Below, piece by piece: positions 31,236 through 41,306 of a DNA stretch of 64,000 nt (position 1 is its first letter; every line of letters begins with the position of its first letter). A model generated the notes under the pieces. It saw only the letters and a program-made list of their open reading frames with translations. It was not told where the DNA came from and searched no databases. The stretch is from an uncultured cyanobacterium (GTDB taxonomy: Bacteria; Cyanobacteriota; Cyanobacteriia; PCC-9006; JAAUQQ01), in contig OY970368.1 in NCBI GenBank assembly GCA_963718615.1, positions 2,006,475-2,070,474 on the forward strand. Reading direction: 5' to 3'. The translations under genes and the position numbers were made by a program.

Positions 31236-32765
31236 ATGTTCAAGACCTTCTACATCAAACCCAGCGAGCGGGGGATGCTCTATCACCGCAGCCACTTTAA
31301 GCGACTGTTGCGCCCTGGCATTCATCGTTTTGTGGGCTGGCACTGGCGCGTGCAGTGTTTTGATCTAAACCAGCCGGAGGTGGAGCTACAGGATGCGGAA
31401 TTGCTGCTGCAAAACCATGGCGACCTGCTGCGGCAACACCTCATTGTAGTACGCACGGCCTTTAATGAAGCGGCTCTGGTGCGGTTGGGGCAGCGCTGGC
31501 TGAGTGTGGCTCCAAACCAATTGCGTTTGTTTTGGCGGGGCCATGTGGAGGTTGCCGTCGAGCGGTTCAACCTGAACGAGAATCTAGAATTGCCTGCCGA
31601 GTTTGTCCAGCAACTTCGTGGCGAGTCGATTCAGGGACTTCAGCGAGTGGAACTGGCGGAGTTTGAGGTCGGGTTGCTGTTTGTCCAGGATAATTTTGTT
31701 CGCCCTTTGGAACCCGGAGAGCATGCCTTTTGGCAGTTTGGCCGTCAGGTGATGGTGCGATCGCTCAATCGTAATCTCCCCAATCCCGACTTTCCCTTTG
31801 AGAATGTCTTGCTGGACCAACATCCTGAGTTTGTTGACACCTACTGTGAGCGGGTAGAGCTTACACCAGAGCAGGTGGCCATTATTCGCCACCGAGGCCA
31901 ATGCATCGATATTTTGCCGCCTTCTAGCCGTCGCCTGTATTGGCAGGGGGTTGGGGTCGAAATCCTCGAAATCGAGGCAGAACGAAAATTGTCGCCTCAG
32001 TTGGTCGCAGAACTGGTTTCTGGTTCGTCTGAGGTCTTGGATCACAGTTTGCCTCACCTCTATGTCCATCAGGTTCCTCAGCATTCGATTGGGATGTTGG
32101 TCATAGATAGCGTAGTACAGGCACCGCTGGAGCCGGGGATTCACGCCTGGTGGTCGTTTGGACGGGCGATCGCCGCCACCAATATCAGCCTCAAGCTCCA
32201 AACCCTGGAGGTCTCAGGCCAAGAGATTCTCTCCAAGGACAAAGTTCCCTTGCGACTCAATCTTTCCGCTGATTATCGGGTGACCGATCCGATGCAGGCG
32301 CTGGCTCAACTGACGAATATTTCCGAGTTCTTGTATAAGGAACTCCAGTTTGCGCTGCGGGCGGCGGTGGGAACGAAGAACTTAGATGCACTCTTGGAGG
32401 ATAAGGGGGCGATCGATCGCAGTATCGCTGAATCTATGGCGGAAAAAACCGAGGGTTATGGTCTAGAGGTGCGATCGGTGGGCGTTAAGGACATCATTTT
32501 GCCGGGGGACATCAAAGACATTCTCGGCAAGGTAGTGGAAGCAGAAAAGTCGGCCCAGGCCAATGTGATCCGCCGCCGGGAAGAAACCGCCGCCACCCGC
32601 AGTATGCTGAACACGGCGCGGGTCATGGAGGATAACCCGATCGCCCTACGGCTGAAGGAGTTGGAGGTGCTGGAGCGGATTGCCGAGAAGATCGATCGGA
32701 TCAATGTCAACGGCAGTTTAGACAGCATCTTGACCGAGCTGATTCAACTTAACCCATCTGCCTAG
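31236..32765 (+). CDS. SPFH/band-7 (stomatin-like) domain protein with long N-terminal region containing an internal duplication
   Basis: C-terminal SPFH core (VPLRLNLSADYRV..., EVRSVGVKDIILPGDI, coiled coil); N-terminal repeats PLEPGEHAFWQFGR / PLEPGIHAWWSFGR. Confidence 0.8.
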   Translation: MFKTFYIKPSERGMLYHRSHFKRLLRPGIHRFVGWHWRVQCFDLNQPEVELQDAELLLQNHGDLLRQHLIVVRTAFNEAALVRLGQRWLSVAPNQLRLFWRGHVEVAVERFNLNENLELPAEFVQQLRGESIQGLQRVELAEFEVGLLFVQDNFVRPLEPGEHAFWQFGRQVMVRSLNRNLPNPDFPFENVLLDQHPEFVDTYCERVELTPEQVAIIRHRGQCIDILPPSSRRLYWQGVGVEILEIEAERKLSPQLVAELVSGSSEVLDHSLPHLYVHQVPQHSIGMLVIDSVVQAPLEPGIHAWWSFGRAIAATNISLKLQTLEVSGQEILSKDKVPLRLNLSADYRVTDPMQALAQLTNISEFLYKELQFALRAAVGTKNLDALLEDKGAIDRSIAESMAEKTEGYGLEVRSVGVKDIILPGDIKDILGKVVEAEKSAQANVIRRREETAATRSMLNTARVMEDNPIALRLKELEVLERIAEKIDRINVNGSLDSILTELIQLNPSA

Positions 32766-32882
32766 ATCCCCCCGGCATCTACAGTACCTTGCCATCCGTT
32801 AAGGAAAGCGCCAAACCGTGCCGCTGGTCGTTGCAGCCGCTGGCCGTCGCACTTTCTAGAAGCATACCTAAACTATTCAAAA

Positions 32883-32955
32883 AAGCTGGTGACAAGACTT
32901 GAACTTGCGACCGGCTGATTACAAATCAGCTGCTCTACCAACTGAGCTACACCAG
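32883..32955 (-). tRNA. tRNA-Thr (anticodon UGU), no encoded CCA
   Basis: Manual cloverleaf of reverse complement: GCTGGTG-TA-GCTC-AGTTGGTA-GAGC-A-GCTGA-TTTGTAA-TCAGC-CGGTC-GCAAG-TTCAAGT-CTTGT-CACCAGC-T. Confidence 0.85.
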
Positions 32956-33087
32956 CAAAACCAAACGGGGCGTTTATACAGAACCATTATACAGATGCAG
33001 GAGCAAAAATTATTCCTGCATCTGTATCAGGAGACTTAATCGACATAGGTCTTCATCTGTATCGACCAGAAGCAATTCAACTCGGCC

Positions 33088-33735
33088 TTAGGCCATGCTG
33101 TTTTCAATCGCCCAGCGTGCTAGCTCCGTTCGATTATGAAGGCCCGTTTTGCCCAACATGTTGGACACATGGCTTTCAATCGTCCGCTGACTGACGTTGA
33201 GCTGTTCCGCAATCTCACGGTTGGCCATTCCCCGTGCGACAAACTGAACAACCTTTTGCTCCGTTGGCGTTAATTCCACATCGAACGGAACATGAATGGT
33301 CATTTCCGCATCGCCTCGGCCCGGACTTCGACTGGTTAACCGAGAGGCTTGTTTTAGCGAAGACTCCACCTGGGCCACGAGTTCTTCGGGCTCAAAGGGC
33401 TTCACCATGTAAACATCCGCGCCGGTCGAGAGGCCCTTCACCCGATCCTGGCTTTGTCCTTTTGCAGAAAGGAACAGTACCGGAATCCAGCTAGTTTGGG
33501 GATTCTCACGAACATTCTTCACGAAGGAATAACCGTCCATTTCTGGCATCATCACATCGCAAATAATCATGTCTGGAGTGAGATCCTCCAAGGCCTCCAG
33601 CGCAGCCCTGCCATTTTCGGCAGTGACTACGGTATAGCCCCTAAACTCAAGGTAGTCTTTGACCAAGAGAATTAAATTCGGGTCGTCGTCAATGAGCAGA
33701 AGTTTCTTGTTGTCTCCCACGCTCGTATCCTTCAT
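33088..33735 (-). CDS. two-component response regulator, NarL/FixJ (LuxR-type HTH) family
   Basis: Receiver domain (LLIDDDP, phospho-acceptor Asp in ICDVMMP, SAKG) plus C-terminal LuxR HTH (TPTEQKVVQFVARGMANREIA). Confidence 0.9.
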   Translation of the reverse strand: MKDTSVGDNKKLLLIDDDPNLILLVKDYLEFRGYTVVTAENGRAALEALEDLTPDMIICDVMMPEMDGYSFVKNVRENPQTSWIPVLFLSAKGQSQDRVKGLSTGADVYMVKPFEPEELVAQVESSLKQASRLTSRSPGRGDAEMTIHVPFDVELTPTEQKVVQFVARGMANREIAEQLNVSQRTIESHVSNMLGKTGLHNRTELARWAIENSMA

Positions 33736-34286
33736 GATGCAGTGTCCGCGATCGCCCTTCCTGTTCTACTCGCTTGCAGGCAAGCTTGCAAAACACAGGG
33801 GGTAGGCTAGCAATTCTATAGTACCCAAAGCTACCTATATTGACCAACCAGAGTTTATCAGGTTTAGCAGAAGAATCCGCAGTTTTATAGATGACTCAGG
33901 ACGGGGCAAGGCTCTGTAGAGACAGAGTTTATTTGCTTTGGGTACCCGCGCTCCCAAGCTATCCACGCTTTTTACTATAGTCAATATAATTCAGTAAAAT
34001 CAACTAAAAGGCTCCTTTTTTCTTGTTAAAACAGAGACGTTTGACCGAGTTTTCAGTTAATCAAATCCGAGCTTACACGAAGGTCGTTTGACTTTTTTCT
34101 ATCTATAGAATTCTTAGTCGAATGGGCGAAACCGGAGATTTTGAGGGCGATCGCCATCTTTTTCTCAAAATTTTTCAACGTTGAGGATAAATTAGGGATT
34201 GAAATTTTCTATGGAAAACGATAATTTTCGCACAAAAAACAATGATGGCGACGTCTAAACATCCAAACATCTCATGAACATCTCCC

Positions 34287-34652
34287 TCAGCGGAGGGGTG
34301 CCTCGACAATAACATGAGACTCGACAGGCTGATTACCCAGCAAATGCTCTTGAATAATCTGTTCGACGATGGCAGGGGTAACGCTGTGATACCAGATGCC
34401 ATCGGGGTAGACCAGCAAAATTGGCCCTTGCTGACAGATCCGCAAGCAGTCCGCTTTGGTCCGAAAAATACAGGTGGGACGCTCAGCGGTTGGCGCATCC
34501 AGATTGAGATCCTTGAGGCGCTGCTTGAGATAACTCCAGGTTTCTAGGCCCAGGGTCGGATCGCAACATTTGGGCTTCAGGGGCGTGGCGCAGAGAAAAA
34601 GATGGCGCTGAATGTCAGGAATTCCTAGGGCGCGCACGGTAGCTTCGAGCAT
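34287..34652 (-). CDS. thioredoxin-like [2Fe-2S] ferredoxin-domain protein
   Basis: Four Cys in [11 protein letters not shown]...C...C pattern typical of Trx-like ferredoxins. Confidence 0.6.
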   Translation of the reverse strand: MLEATVRALGIPDIQRHLFLCATPLKPKCCDPTLGLETWSYLKQRLKDLNLDAPTAERPTCIFRTKADCLRICQQGPILLVYPDGIWYHSVTPAIVEQIIQEHLLGNQPVESHVIVEAPLR

Positions 34653-34685
34653 AGGGCGTTAGAGGAAGAATCAGTTGAATCGTTA

Positions 34686-35723
34686 TTAATCGGTTGAGGC
34701 GAGAGGGACTTGGGCAAGGGCTCCCAGGATAACCTCTGGCCCTGCACCCCGTTTACAGCCCTGTTCCGTCAGATAGCGTTTCCAGGCGCGGCTACCGGGC
34801 TGACCCGCGAACAGTTGCAGCAGATGGCGGGTAATGCTGTGGGGTTTGAGATCTGTTGCGGTCCAGCGATCGAGGTAGGGAACCATGGCTTCCGCAACGG
34901 CGTGGCGGCTGAGCGGTGGCTCGGTGCTGCCGTAAAACCGGGTGTCGGCATGAGCGAGGCCATAGGGCGTGTCGTAGGCGGCGCGGCCAATCATCACGGC
35001 ATCAACCGCCTGAAGCTGGGGTTCCGCTTGGTCGAGGGTGAGAAAGCCCCCATTAATTTCGATAAAAAGCTGGGGAAAATCCTGCTTGAGGCGATGAACT
35101 TCCTCGTAGCGCAGGGGGGGAATGGTGCGGTTTTGCTTGGGGTCAAGGCCATGAAGCCAAGCTTTGCGAGCGTGGACCGTAAAGTAGTGACAGCCTGCAT
35201 CGGCGACGATGCGGACAAATTCGGCCATGTCTTCGTAGCGATCGCGATCATCAATCCCAATGCGATGCTTGACGCTAATGGGCAACCGCGTCGCCCCCGC
35301 CATCGCGGCCACCGCTCGCGCCACCCGCTCGGGTTCCGCCATCAGGCAAGCGCCGAAATTGCCACTTTGGACCCGACTGCTGGGACAACCCACATTCAAA
35401 TTCACCTCGTCGTAGCCCCAATCCTCGGCAATGCGGGCGCATTCCGCCAGACTTTTGGGATCATCTCCGCCAACTTGCAACACCAGTGGCTTTTCCTCGG
35501 GAGAGAAATCTAGGAGCTTAGGGCGATCGCCATGGAGAATCGCCGGAACAGTCACCATCTCCGTATAAAGCAACGTTTGCCGTGTAATGAGCCTGAGAAA
35601 ATAGCGGCAATGGCGGTCCGTGCGGTCCATCATGGGGGCCACACTGAGGGGAAAGGGGCGTTGGCGCTGGCCTTGGGGCGGCGGGGCGGTTGGGTTGGGG
35701 GCGATCGCGGGCAAAAGACTCAC
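34686..35723 (-). CDS. dusA: tRNA dihydrouridine(20/20a) synthase
   Basis: SVAPMMDRTDRHCRYF N-terminal signature, TIM-barrel Dus motifs. Confidence 0.9.
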   Translation of the reverse strand: MSLLPAIAPNPTAPPPQGQRQRPFPLSVAPMMDRTDRHCRYFLRLITRQTLLYTEMVTVPAILHGDRPKLLDFSPEEKPLVLQVGGDDPKSLAECARIAEDWGYDEVNLNVGCPSSRVQSGNFGACLMAEPERVARAVAAMAGATRLPISVKHRIGIDDRDRYEDMAEFVRIVADAGCHYFTVHARKAWLHGLDPKQNRTIPPLRYEEVHRLKQDFPQLFIEINGGFLTLDQAEPQLQAVDAVMIGRAAYDTPYGLAHADTRFYGSTEPPLSRHAVAEAMVPYLDRWTATDLKPHSITRHLLQLFAGQPGSRAWKRYLTEQGCKRGAGPEVILGALAQVPLASTD

Positions 35724-36132
35724 AAACTTACGTCAAAATTTAGGAACGGCGCTTAAACTGCTTTTGAGGCTGAGGCAGGGAGGAACGATTGGGCAGCACC
35801 GTTAAAATTGCTAAGACCAGGCTTAATGCAAGTACGTCCATAGGGTTTATAAAATGCGAGTTTTAGGCAATATGCTTCAGGTCTTGAAGCCCACAAAAAG
35901 GATTATCCGTATTGTTTCTGAGGAATCTATGCTTGCCCTACCTCATTCGGATTAAATTTTTCGAGTTCCGGCCTTTTGTAATGACTTTTCATCTGAGGTT
36001 TTCAGCATCCTAGCGAAGCGGGAGATGAGCTCGCTCCCCTAATTCTACTGAAGGAGTTGCCCTTTGCCATCGTCCCGTCGGCAATTTCAGTGATAGCCGT
36101 CACCATTTGAGTATAAAGATTGTAAAAGATTC

Positions 36133-37494
36133 ATGAATGATCCTCAGGATGAATCCATTGGGTCTGGATCCCATCCAGAGTCAACGCCCGCCGCTCCCGA
36201 AGCCGAGTCTGCCTCTGCGCCTTGGTTTTCCCTCAACCGGGTGGGTAAACTCTCTCGCCAATTCTCCCGGCAATTTTCCGAACGGATTACCCAGCCCCTA
36301 GCGCGTACGCTGCCTTTGGAGCAGGTGACAGAGACCGTCATGGGCTGGTTTAGCGTCAGCGAAGAGCGAGTGGCGGAGATTTTAGTGGCGATTCGGGCAG
36401 AACTCCCCACCACGGAAGCCCTGCTGGTGGGCAAGCCCCAGGCTGGAAAAAGCTCGATCGTGCGGGCGATTACTGGGGTTTCTCCGGAAATTATTGGTCA
36501 AGGCTTTCGGCCCCACACTCAACATACTGAGCGGTATGCCTATCCTTCCGAAGACCTGCCTCTGCTGATCTTTACAGATACCGTCGGTTTGGGAGATGTC
36601 AAGCAGGCGACCCAGACTGTGGTGACGGAGCTTCAGCAGGAGTTGGCCCAGGAGTCGGGCGGAGCTCGGATCTTGATCCTGACGGTTAAGATTAACGATT
36701 TTGCGACGGATACGCTACGCCAAATTGCTGAGGACCTGCGGCGGCAGTTTCCCCAGGTGCCCTGCTTGCTCGCCGTGACCTGTTTACACGAGGCATACCC
36801 CAGTCCGAGCACCGAGCATCCGGACTATCCCCCCCAATTTGAGACGGTGCAGCGGGCCTTTGGGGCGATTCAGCAGGATTTTCAGGGGCTTTGCGATCGC
36901 GCCCTCCTGCTCGATTTCACCCTGGAGGAAGATGGCTATGAGCCGGTGTTTTATGGCCTAGAGGCCCTTCGAGATGCCTTGGCAGACCTGCTGCCGGAGG
37001 CGGAAGCCCAGACGATTCATCGGCTCATCGAAGAACAAAGCGATGCTCGCGAACAGCTCGGCAGTCTCTATCGGGACGTGGGCCGTCGTTATATGTCAAC
37101 GTTTGCGGTGATTGCGGCGACGCTGGCGGCGGTGCCGTTGCCCTTTGCGACGATGCCGGTGTTAACGGCGTTGCAGGTTTCGATGGTGGGACTCCTGGGT
37201 AAACTGTATGGTCAAACCCTGACGCCTTCGCAGGCTGGGGGGGTGGTGAGTGCGATCGCGGGTGGATTTGTTGCCCAGGCGATCGGGCGGGAGTTGGTTA
37301 AGTTTATCCCTGGGTTTGGCAGTGTCATCGCTGCGTCTTGGGCCGCTGCCTATACTTGGGCGTTGGGTGAAGGGGCCTGTGTTTATTTTGGCGATCTAAT
37401 GGGGGGTAAAAACCCGGATCCGGAGCGGATTCAACAGGTGATGGGCGAAGCGTTTACTGCGGCGAAGGAGCGGTTTAAGGAGAACCAGCGATAA
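36133..37494 (+). CDS. GTP-binding protein with C-terminal DUF697-type membrane domain (YcjF-like)
   Basis: P-loop GKPQAGKSS, G3 DTVGLGD; hydrophobic C-terminal domain. Confidence 0.7.
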   Translation: MNDPQDESIGSGSHPESTPAAPEAESASAPWFSLNRVGKLSRQFSRQFSERITQPLARTLPLEQVTETVMGWFSVSEERVAEILVAIRAELPTTEALLVGKPQAGKSSIVRAITGVSPEIIGQGFRPHTQHTERYAYPSEDLPLLIFTDTVGLGDVKQATQTVVTELQQELAQESGGARILILTVKINDFATDTLRQIAEDLRRQFPQVPCLLAVTCLHEAYPSPSTEHPDYPPQFETVQRAFGAIQQDFQGLCDRALLLDFTLEEDGYEPVFYGLEALRDALADLLPEAEAQTIHRLIEEQSDAREQLGSLYRDVGRRYMSTFAVIAATLAAVPLPFATMPVLTALQVSMVGLLGKLYGQTLTPSQAGGVVSAIAGGFVAQAIGRELVKFIPGFGSVIAASWAAAYTWALGEGACVYFGDLMGGKNPDPERIQQVMGEAFTAAKERFKENQR

Positions 37495-37632
37495 CTTTAG
37501 CAATGAGCTGATGCTTCAGGTGTACCAGGAAGGTTTACTGGTGTTGAGTTAGGGGAAGAGGAGAGGGGATGGCGATCGCTATAATAATGCCAGCGGAATC
37601 CAACCCATCAGGACCAATGTGGCTCCAACCCA

Positions 37633-38535
37633 GTGATGACCCACCTTGCAGAACGATACATTAATCCCCTCACGGACTTTGGGTTCAAGCGTTTGTTTGG
37701 CACAGAGCCCAATAAGGATTTCTTAATTGATTTCCTCAATGTTGTTTTGCCAGAGGAACATCGGGTTCAGGATTTGACGTATCGTAATAATGAAAATATT
37801 GGCAATACATTAATCGATCGCAAAGCCATTTTTGACATTTACTGTGAAAGCGAAAGCGGCGAGAAGTTTATCGTTGAGATTCAGAAGGCAAAACAAAACT
37901 ACTTCAAGGATCGGAGCATTTACTATTCGACTTTTCCCATCCAGGAGCAGGCGGAGAAAGGAGATTGGAATTATCGGCTTTCTGCTGTTTATACCGTTGG
38001 AATTCTAGATTTCATCTTTGATGACCATAAAACGGATCCAACGATTAAACATGTTGTTGAGCTGAAAAACCAAAGATGCGAGGTGTTTTATGACAAGCTG
38101 AAATTTATCTATATTGAGCTACCTAAATTCACCAAGACCCTTGACCAGTTGGAGAGTCACTACGAGAAATGGCTGTTCCTACTTCGACATCTTTACGAGT
38201 TTGAAGATAAGCCAGAGATATTGCAAGAGGGTGTTTTCAATCGTTTATTTGAGGTGGCAGAAATTGCCAACTTCTCTCCCCTAGAGCGACAAGCCTATGA
38301 AGACAGCTTAAAGTATTATCGTGATCTTCAGAATGTTGTAGACACCTCACGAGAAGAAGGTTGGGAGGAAGGTTGGGAAGAAGGTCGGGAAGAGGGCCGG
38401 GAAGAGGGTCGGGAAGAAGAGAGACAGGAGATTGCGCTAAACCTTCTGCGTGAGGGGGTTTCAGTGGAAATGGTAAGCCGCACGACAGGTCTTTCTGTTG
38501 AAAGGTTGGAGCGGCTACGGCAGCAGCTTGGGTGA
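37633..38535 (+). CDS. Rpn-family recombination-promoting nuclease / putative transposase (PD-(D/E)xK, YhgA-like) with C-terminal EEGWEEGREEGR repeats
   Basis: N-terminal INPLTDFGFKRLFG and IVEIQK motifs characteristic of family; low GC. Confidence 0.8.
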   Translation: MMTHLAERYINPLTDFGFKRLFGTEPNKDFLIDFLNVVLPEEHRVQDLTYRNNENIGNTLIDRKAIFDIYCESESGEKFIVEIQKAKQNYFKDRSIYYSTFPIQEQAEKGDWNYRLSAVYTVGILDFIFDDHKTDPTIKHVVELKNQRCEVFYDKLKFIYIELPKFTKTLDQLESHYEKWLFLLRHLYEFEDKPEILQEGVFNRLFEVAEIANFSPLERQAYEDSLKYYRDLQNVVDTSREEGWEEGWEEGREEGREEGREEERQEIALNLLREGVSVEMVSRTTGLSVERLERLRQQLG

Positions 38536-38918
38536 TGGGTGGAGTTTAAGGTGGTCTCTAAAACTGAGACGGTTGGTTTTCCGGTTTCGGAAAGGGCTTG
38601 AGGGTGCTTTATCTGGGGTTCATTTGTAAACGAAGTTTTCTTGATCGTAAAAAATATTACTTGTCTATTCTCCTGGTTGGTGGAAAAATGAGTCCCATTG
38701 AGTTTTTATTTTGAGCACTTGAGTCGGGGGTCGGGCGTTAGGCAATTTCGGTTTTATAGAGCGGCATATTAGCTGTGTTGGCTGTGGTTTCTTTCTATGG
38801 CTGGGTTCTCTGGGCAAGGGAATTTGTCTGGAACTGAGGGTGATGTGTTGCTCTATCAAGCTTAATATTGCGCTCTGACTTGAGCATCTTCCTGCGGTGA
38901 TTTGCGGGAGGTTTTCTA

Positions 38919-39110
38919 TGGTTGTCAGTGTGGCGAATACGTCTGCGGTGGCTGGTGCGTCGCGTTTAGAGCTGAATGCTTCGCGGCAGTTTGTGGCTTG
39001 GCTGCTGGAGCAGCGGCTTAGTTTGGCGTTTACGACGTATCAGGCGGGGAAGTAGTTGTTTTTGCTGGGGGTGAACCCGGAGGGCAATTTTTCAATGTTT
39101 GAGTGAATCC
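38919..39110 (+). pseudogene. GC-rich truncated 5' remnant (in-frame TAG) homologous to N-terminus of the downstream gene at 39182
   Basis: MVVSVANTSAVAGASRLELNASRQFVAWLLEQRLSLAFTTYQAGK*LFLLGVNPEG vs MHENH...SWLAQQKVSLAFTTYQSGRLFLLGLKDNG. Confidence 0.5.
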
Positions 39111-39181
39111 TTAAACATTGTCTTTTACGTACAAGAAAGTTCTAACTAATGACACTCGTGTTAACGACATAATTTATTCTT

Positions 39182-39571
39182 ATGCATGAGAATCACTCAT
39201 CTTTGCTAACTACTTCTCGACACTTTCCAAGTTGGCTCGCACAACAAAAAGTTAGCCTTGCGTTTACAACATATCAATCAGGTCGGCTCTTCTTGTTAGG
39301 TCTTAAAGATAATGGTGAACTGTCTGTCGTTGCCCGATCATTTGATCGAGCATCTGGAATGAGCACAACACCGAACAGTATTTACTTAGGAAGTAGAAAT
39401 CAGATTTGGGTTCTAAGGAATGTTTTGAAAGAAAGCGAATTTTATCAGGCTCACGATGCGCTATACGTCCCTTATAAATCCTACGCCGTCGGAGACGTAG
39501 ATATTCACGATATTGTTGTAACGTCAGTTCCGGTTAAGATTGGGCCGATGGAAGGGCGAAATCAAGGTTGA
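39182..39571 (+). pseudogene. 5' portion of conserved hypothetical gene (possibly TIGR03032-like family; unverified) interrupted by IS; native sequence ends at 39520
   Basis: ORF runs into IS left inverted repeat; reading frame resumes at 40496 after IS and TSD. Confidence 0.6.
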
Positions 39572-40487
39572 GAGCCGGTTTCTTGGGCTGATGGCAGTAG
39601 GCAATCAAGCCACATAGCAGGTTGACCGAGAAATTGATGGGACTGCGATGGCGCGAATGCTCAATCTGAGAGATGTTCTTGAGCTGGTCAATGATGGTCT
39701 CAATGATGGAGCGCTTACGGGCGAGCAGCTTATCGGTGAATCGCATGAGCTGGTTCTTCATGTTGCGTTTGGGTTTGGCGTAGAACTCAAGGCCACAAGT
39801 CTGAAGAAGCTCCAATGCGAGCTTCTTGGAGACATAGCCTCGGTCTGCGAATATCTTGCCAAAGAGCCCCTGAAGCAGCTCTTTGACTGGTTTGCGGTCA
39901 TCAGTATTGCCGGGAGTCAGGGTCATATTAAGGAGTTCTCCGCGGTCATTCACGACCAGATGAAGCTTGAATCCGAAGAACCAGTCCACTGACGTTTTGC
40001 CCCGAGCGGCGGAATCTTTGAAGACCTTGTGCTGCCGGATTCGACGGTTATGACAAACCTTGATGCAAGTCGCATCCATGAAACCAACGCCACTGCATTG
40101 ACCAAAGCAGCTTTTGAGGTAGGCACACAAAGGAAGGACCAGAGAGGGCAACCCGCTGATAAAACGCTGATAGCTCACCAACTTGGGAAAGGCTGAGCGC
40201 CAATGAACGGCCACATGTCTGGTGTAAAAGTCTTTGAAGTTTCGATAGCCTTGGAGATGAAAGGCAATGGCGATCGTCATTCTCTCGCTCAGGCTTAGCT
40301 TCCCGATGCGCTTTCGCATCTTCAGACCGCTGCCAAGTAACCGCTGATTCCATTTGGGTTCGAACGCCTGGCAGAAGTCATCGACGTCACAGAACAGCTC
40401 TTCTAAACTAATCATGGGTAGAGGGGGGTTGATTGCTTTGGTTAGTTTCAGCCTAATCTCCTCTGCCTTTCTTATCCAGAACTGACG
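39521..40487 (-). mobile_element. IS982-family insertion sequence (~967 bp) with ~25-bp imperfect terminal IRs and 7-bp target-site duplication TGTTGTA
   Basis: IR-L acgtcagttccggttaagattggg vs reverse complement of IR-R acgtcagttctggataagaaagg; flanks ttgttgta / tgttgta. Confidence 0.75.
39534..40415 (-). CDS. IS982-family DDE transposase (start at [15 protein letters not shown]; ORF track start 40499 lies outside IS)
   Basis: N-terminal LEELFCxVDDFC motif typical of IS982 transposases; about 294 aa. Confidence 0.8.
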   Translation of the reverse strand: MISLEELFCDVDDFCQAFEPKWNQRLLGSGLKMRKRIGKLSLSERMTIAIAFHLQGYRNFKDFYTRHVAVHWRSAFPKLVSYQRFISGLPSLVLPLCAYLKSCFGQCSGVGFMDATCIKVCHNRRIRQHKVFKDSAARGKTSVDWFFGFKLHLVVNDRGELLNMTLTPGNTDDRKPVKELLQGLFGKIFADRGYVSKKLALELLQTCGLEFYAKPKRNMKNQLMRFTDKLLARKRSIIETIIDQLKNISQIEHSRHRSPINFSVNLLCGLIAYCHQPKKPALNLDFALPSAQS

Positions 40488-40558
40488 TTGTTGTATCAAA
40501 AGCAGAAGAAAATGATAAGAAGCTGCAAGTTTTCTTTGTAAGTTCGCAATTTAGTTGT

Positions 40559-41254
40559 GTGTCAACATTAAGCGATCGATATAGCTTTCAGTTGTCTTGG
40601 CTGCCCCCTTTCATCTCTAAGTTGGTTCCAGAGGACCGATGTCATCTTAATGGTTTAGCATCGATCGAAGGAAATCTTCGATATTCAACTGCTTTAAGTG
40701 AGTCAGATATAGCAGACGGATGGCGAGATCATCGGCATGAAGGAGGATGCATCATAGACATTGAAGCAAATGAAACGATTGTGACAGGTCTTTCGATGCC
40801 GCATTCTCCCAGATGGTATCGAGATAAATTGTGGCTTCTTAACTCTGGAACAGGTGAGTTTGGACACATCGAAAATCTTGGAGATTCCTGTACTGGCCCT
40901 TTAGCTTTCAAGCCAATTGTATTTTGTCCAGGTTATTTGAGAGGTCTGGCTTTTCATGAAAATTATGCGGTGGTCGGTCTTTCCTTACCCAGAGAACTTA
41001 CTTTTAGAGGATTAAAGCTTGATGAGCAACTAACTCAACGCAAGGCAAAGCCGCGTTGTGGGTTAATGGTAATTGATTTAGATCAGGGCAATGTGGCCCA
41101 CTGGTTGAGATTAGAAGGAGAAATCAGTGAGCTGTATGATGTTCAAATCCTGCCAAGAATACGATGTCCTAGTGCGATAAGCTTGAACACTGAAATTTTA
41201 ATGGCCGATCACTTTAATGGTGATTTCATATGCTGGAAGGCAAGAAAGTGTTAA
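40559..41254 (+). pseudogene. 3' portion of the IS-disrupted gene (frame open from 40496)
   Basis: In-frame with 39182..39520 after removal of IS plus one TSD copy, giving ~366-aa reconstructed protein. Confidence 0.6.
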
Positions 41255-41306
41255 GAGCTTTACGTTGAGTCATCTATACCTAAGTTATGTAATGTAGAGG
41301 GAAATA

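Noticed and set aside
35724-36132. dusA 5' end as an integrase-mediated genomic-island attachment site
   Set aside because: There is no integrase gene or island adjacent to dusA. Upstream is a short divergent intergenic region followed by a conserved GTPase gene.
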